Below are positions 59,901-64,000 of a stretch of 64,000 nt of DNA, piece after piece. Each line of letters begins with the position of its first letter. Positions within the stretch are counted from its first letter, which is position 1. Location: NCBI GenBank assembly GCA_051362555.1, contig CM120641.1, forward strand, positions 19,592,001 through 19,656,000, read 5' to 3'. This stretch comes from Lingula anatina (lineage: Eukaryota; Animalia; Brachiopoda). The translations under genes and the position numbers were made by a program. The notes beneath the pieces were generated by a model. The model ran no database searches and was not told the DNA's origin. It saw only the letters and a program-made list of their open reading frames with translations.

Positions 59901-62900
59901 AAAGTACTTTTCACTGACACATATTTTTTCAGGGCTGAATCTGAAGTGCCATTACGCAGATTCAAACACATATGTGGATTTGAAAATCAGGGTGGGTTTA
60001 TTACTAGACTTTACCATAGATGATTAAATACTTATATATGATATATTAGGTATTTGTATATGTTAAAGTATTTACAAGATTTATTAGATAGTTATTGATA
60101 AAACTTTATTAAATTATTCACTTCAGAATCTTTTTTTTTTATATAGTTGTGAAACTGAATGGGGAAGAAGTTCGGCCACTCATCCTTAGAACAGTAAAAA
60201 GGGTACTGGCTCATATTTTATCTAGCCATGAAGATGATACCAAAAGTTTATTTCATATTATACAGGTAATGTGCATATATAATCTTAGTGCTAGTTTCCA
60301 ATATCTTTTTTTGTCTCATAATATTATGGAGGTAATGATTTTTAAAAGTTTTTAAAGAAAGATTCCTGGGAAGAAAACTAGAGGCAGACAAAGGCTCCTA
60401 TTTCTAAATCAATTAAAGAAAAACAGGAATGAACACACAGGAATGAACACACAAATAAAAGTATGGGATGCAGCAAGAAATTGGACACTGAAACTGCCAT
60501 TAAAAGTCGCCGAGGGTTGAATTGACCATGGCACCAGACAGACAGACAGACAGAAAGTTTTGGAACATGAAGCAAGTGCAGGTCACAATGAATAATGTAT
60601 AGAATATAACTATAAAATGCAATTATTAGAAAAAGGCTAATAATATTTCAATTGAGTTGTCGGTTAAAAAGTCCAGTTAGTGGTATTGATGATAATGTAG
60701 TGTAATTGAAATGATGATTCTTATTTTCCAGATCTACAACTTGTTGCTGTTTTACAATGGGGAATGGAAAGAAGAATTTGAAGCAAGATGGAGGAGCTTC
60801 CATATTGTGAAGAAAGCAATGGGGAACAAGGTATGCAGACAGAATTATCATGTTTTAAATTCTAGGAATGCAAAATATGCATTGATGTTTTGCATGTTTG
60901 GATATTTTGATGTCATATTCCTTTGGATGATTTTGAAACATAAGCTAACAGATGAAACAAGTTAAATTGGTGAGAAATGTATTTTGGAAAATAATAAGCA
61001 TAAAAAGTCTTTCATTCAAAACATTCTTTTTGAAAATGTATATTTTAGCTTCAAGGGAAAAAACAACATCTGAGAGCAGTGCTAGTGGACAGACTGCAGT
61101 TGCAACATGAGGTTAGTTTACTTATCAATTAAGGCCATTTATTTCACAAATCTGATTTTTACATTCTGTCTTCACTCTTTTTATATAGTGTTATCTCAAT
61201 ATATTGTTATGTAATGCTTGCAGTGTTTAAAACTCACTTCTTGATTTGATGGCATCTTTTTGTTATTTTTGATAAAAAATCCACTCTTTAAACTTCTAGA
61301 GTTAAGTGTTGCCATTCTACTCTCTGTTTTATCAAATGTTGATGTTGTTTTGCAGTGGCGCATGCTGAATCGTGTGGACAAAACATTTACGGATCTTCAC
61401 AAAGAAATCTTTGATGATTTACTGACACTGTCTGTTAGTAGATACAGAGAGGTGAGACATGATACCCTGTAATTTACATGTAGAGGCTATTGAAAAAACA
61501 AGATAAAAGTTAGAAAATGTTTCCCATTCGAAAATTCATTTTAAGATTACATCATAACATTTATTTAATTTATTAGTTTTTTGATGGATATATGACTAAG
61601 ATCACACTAGACATACATAATGTTTTATACTTGGACTTCATATAGGTAAGACAGAAGGCACAAGCAGCAATTACCAAAGGCTTCAATTTGTTTACCTACT
61701 CGTACAAGCTGTTCTTGTCTGACATCCTAAAATATCTCAAGGATCCCACAATGGAGCACCATCAGTTCAAGGTGGGTATTTTAAGTCCCAAATTGATTGA
61801 AATGAGGCAAATGTGAATTAATTAAGATACCAGGATATATAATCTAGTTGTCACTGGGCAAAAACCTAAGTACTATCTATATCACCTTGTAATAACATTG
61901 TTATCATCTCTGGTCTGAATCACTTGTAAGAAAAAATGTTAAGGTCTTCAGATTTTATGTCTGTGCCAACCCCATAGCATGTGGAATGACATGCCACTGA
62001 CTATATTATTGCAATGTAGACAAATGGCTTCTTTGACTATAGCAGGGATTCAAATTTCCACTAAAGTACACTTGATCTTATCATTTAATTCTTTCAAAAC
62101 TCCAGGGTGGTCTATACCTGGTGCTGGGGACAGTGGACAAGAGGTGCCTTGCCACCAAGAGAAGCTGGGAGATTTTGAACCAGATATGGCCAGTCTTGGT
62201 CCAGGCTCAGCACTCTGAGAAACCATCTATACTGAAGCTCATCGATGATATAGCTGACAAAGTCCACAAACACCTCACCACTGTATCTGTTAACATACAG
62301 GTAAAAGTGTTCATTGCAATTACAAGTAACTCTTTTAAGCTATGGTAATAAGTTCTTTTAACTAGATAGCTGTAATGCTTGAGCTCAGTAAAATATACTT
62401 TTAATGGCTGAGAAAGGGCACCAGGAACGTTGTGTTCAGTGTTTATCAGTTATTATCATTTCAGTGTTCATTTTTAAATATCTTTTGATATAGCTAGCTT
62501 TCTGGAGTATTAAGACACAAGTTTAACAATTTTTATTTGAACAAGACAACTTTATGATATAATACTTTACACTCTCAGACTGGTACTAATGTTATGTGCA
62601 TGTGTCATCATGATCCCTTATGTATGTGTATGTATATCTATTTATATATGTATTTAATATGAATCAAAGATAAAAAAAGATTTACATAATACATCCTACA
62701 TAGAGTACGGAATAAAATCTTAGTAATTATAAATCTTGCCAAAAATATAAATCAGTCCTTTTATTCCCCCAGGTACCTCCCCATTGTTTAGAAGTTGCCC
62801 AGTTGCCCTGGAGCACCCAGTTACCAAAGCCAGTACTGCCTCCAGCCAACTCAGAGGAGATGAAGCATGGACTAGAACAGCAAGAGGAGAGGAATAGCTG

Positions 62901-63925
62901 CTATACACAGTAAGCTGCTGATAGTTTGCAGTCTGTGGATTTTTTTACTGACATTTGATGTATTTGTAATGAAATGAATGGGTGTTATTTTCTATCTGGT
63001 AATGCTTAACTGAGATGAGAGCAATGCAGGAAGTGAAAAATGCAGGACTTGAGGTATTAATCCAAAAAAACACCATTATGTAAGACATAACGATATCTCT
63101 TGTAGAATATTTTACAAAAAATGCTTAGTAATTCAAATTGTTTCTCTTTTTAGGCAATACTATAAACTGGTCAATACCCTGGTTGAACTTGTAGAGGGAG
63201 GTACATTGTAAGTACTGAAACAAACTTTGCCTTTGTTCTGGTGTAGATGAAAAACTAAACATGTTGGCTAAAAACTAGTAGGTTGACATTGATATCTTAT
63301 TTGAAGCTTATATTAATTAACTATGATATGGCCGAAAGTCTATTCTGTAAACTTGATGTGTGTTAATTTTACATATAAAAATTACTTTTTACAGGCGATG
63401 GAAATTTTACCAGATTGCAATGGAGCTTTTAGCCCTCATCATCAGGCATGATGCCAAGTTGCCTCAAAGTGCTGTCAACCTCTTTGTCAAGAACATGGCC
63501 AGTGAGACGTTGTTGATTAGAAAGGTATAACATTCAAAACTTCAACCAAGAATAATACAACTCTGACTTACATCACCAGAAGATCATGCTTTCTAAAATT
63601 GGTTTTCAGTATCAAGTTTTTGTTGTTTTTTGTGAGCTGAGCTATTCATCCTGGTATAATAGATTTGAATTCTGTTCCAGCTTTCTTTGGGTGCAGTGTC
63701 TTCCATTCTGAAGCAACAGAAGAGAAAGCATCCGCGCATGGTAATAGATCCCTTTGCTGTTAGTGGCTGTGAACAGCCTAGCAATGGGCATTCTTTGCCA
63801 GGAGATAGCAGACTGGATAATGCATGGCTGCAGTATCGGTCAGACACTCGTCCAGATACGCTGGACAAGTGGGAGAAGACTGTGTTTGTGGACAAAACAC
63901 ATTGGGGATACTACTGCTGGCCAAA
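51000..63925 (+). CDS. PSME4: Proteasome activator complex subunit 4 (PA200), 5' portion (about 32 exons); gene continues beyond the window
   Basis: [25 protein letters not shown]..., [86 protein letters not shown]. Many short GT-AG exons. Confidence 0.95.
51331..52365 (+). repeat. 164-bp local duplication of the PSME4 exon 2 3' end plus intron 2 start, copied into intron 1
   Basis: 51331-51494 is near-identical (about 1 mismatch) to 52202-52365, offset 871 bp. Confidence 0.95.
54457..54547 (+). repeat. Short tandem duplication (about 41-bp core, 2 copies) in a PSME4 intron
   Basis: TTTATATAAAATTATGATTTCTTAATGATTCTGAAGAATAC occurs twice. Confidence 0.85.
56903..57691. mobile_element. About 790-bp non-autonomous DNA transposon with 8-bp TSD in a PSME4 intron
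   Basis: GGAAAAAG|TACCCT...AGGGTA|GGAAAAAG. The right end CTCTGACACTCAGGGTA resembles the right end of the 10074-10687 element (CTCTGATGCTCAGGGTG). Confidence 0.7.
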
Positions 63926-64000
63926 GTGAGTACATAGGTTTTTTTATTATTATTATTTTATTTTAATATCATTGAATATTTCTTGTATGGACTACATGAT

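Overview
AT-rich, intron-rich animal genomic DNA, probably a lophotrochozoan invertebrate (inferred from the genes and repeat families). No prokaryotic features. Genes, left to right: (1) first coding exon of an unidentified minus-strand gene with an MGxxxS N-terminus; (2) a single-coding-exon LIN-24-like ETX/MTX2 (aerolysin-fold) pore-forming protein; (3) an unannotated 6-exon minus-strand gene, possibly with a CS/p23-like domain; (4) an estrogen receptor (NR3A/NR3D type) with a divergent ligand-binding domain; (5) serum response factor (SRF), transcribed divergently from the ER; (6) an acylphosphatase (ACYP) with two duplicated alternative last exons; (7) PSME4/PA200, head-to-head with ACYP and running off the window. 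The introns hold many small non-autonomous transposons: Helentron-associated elements (one with a 146-bp satellite), MITEs with 5-bp and 8-bp TSDs (one with a RecQ remnant), and Academ-like and Zator-like MITEs. ACYP intron 1 also holds a complete 323-bp miniature LTR element whose LTRs are built from a tRNA gene. The ER has a perfect ERE fused to a CRE in its own promoter, and SRF has 8 perfect CArG boxes in its own 5' region. All exon models were built by eye from splice signals and reading-frame continuity and have not been checked against transcripts.
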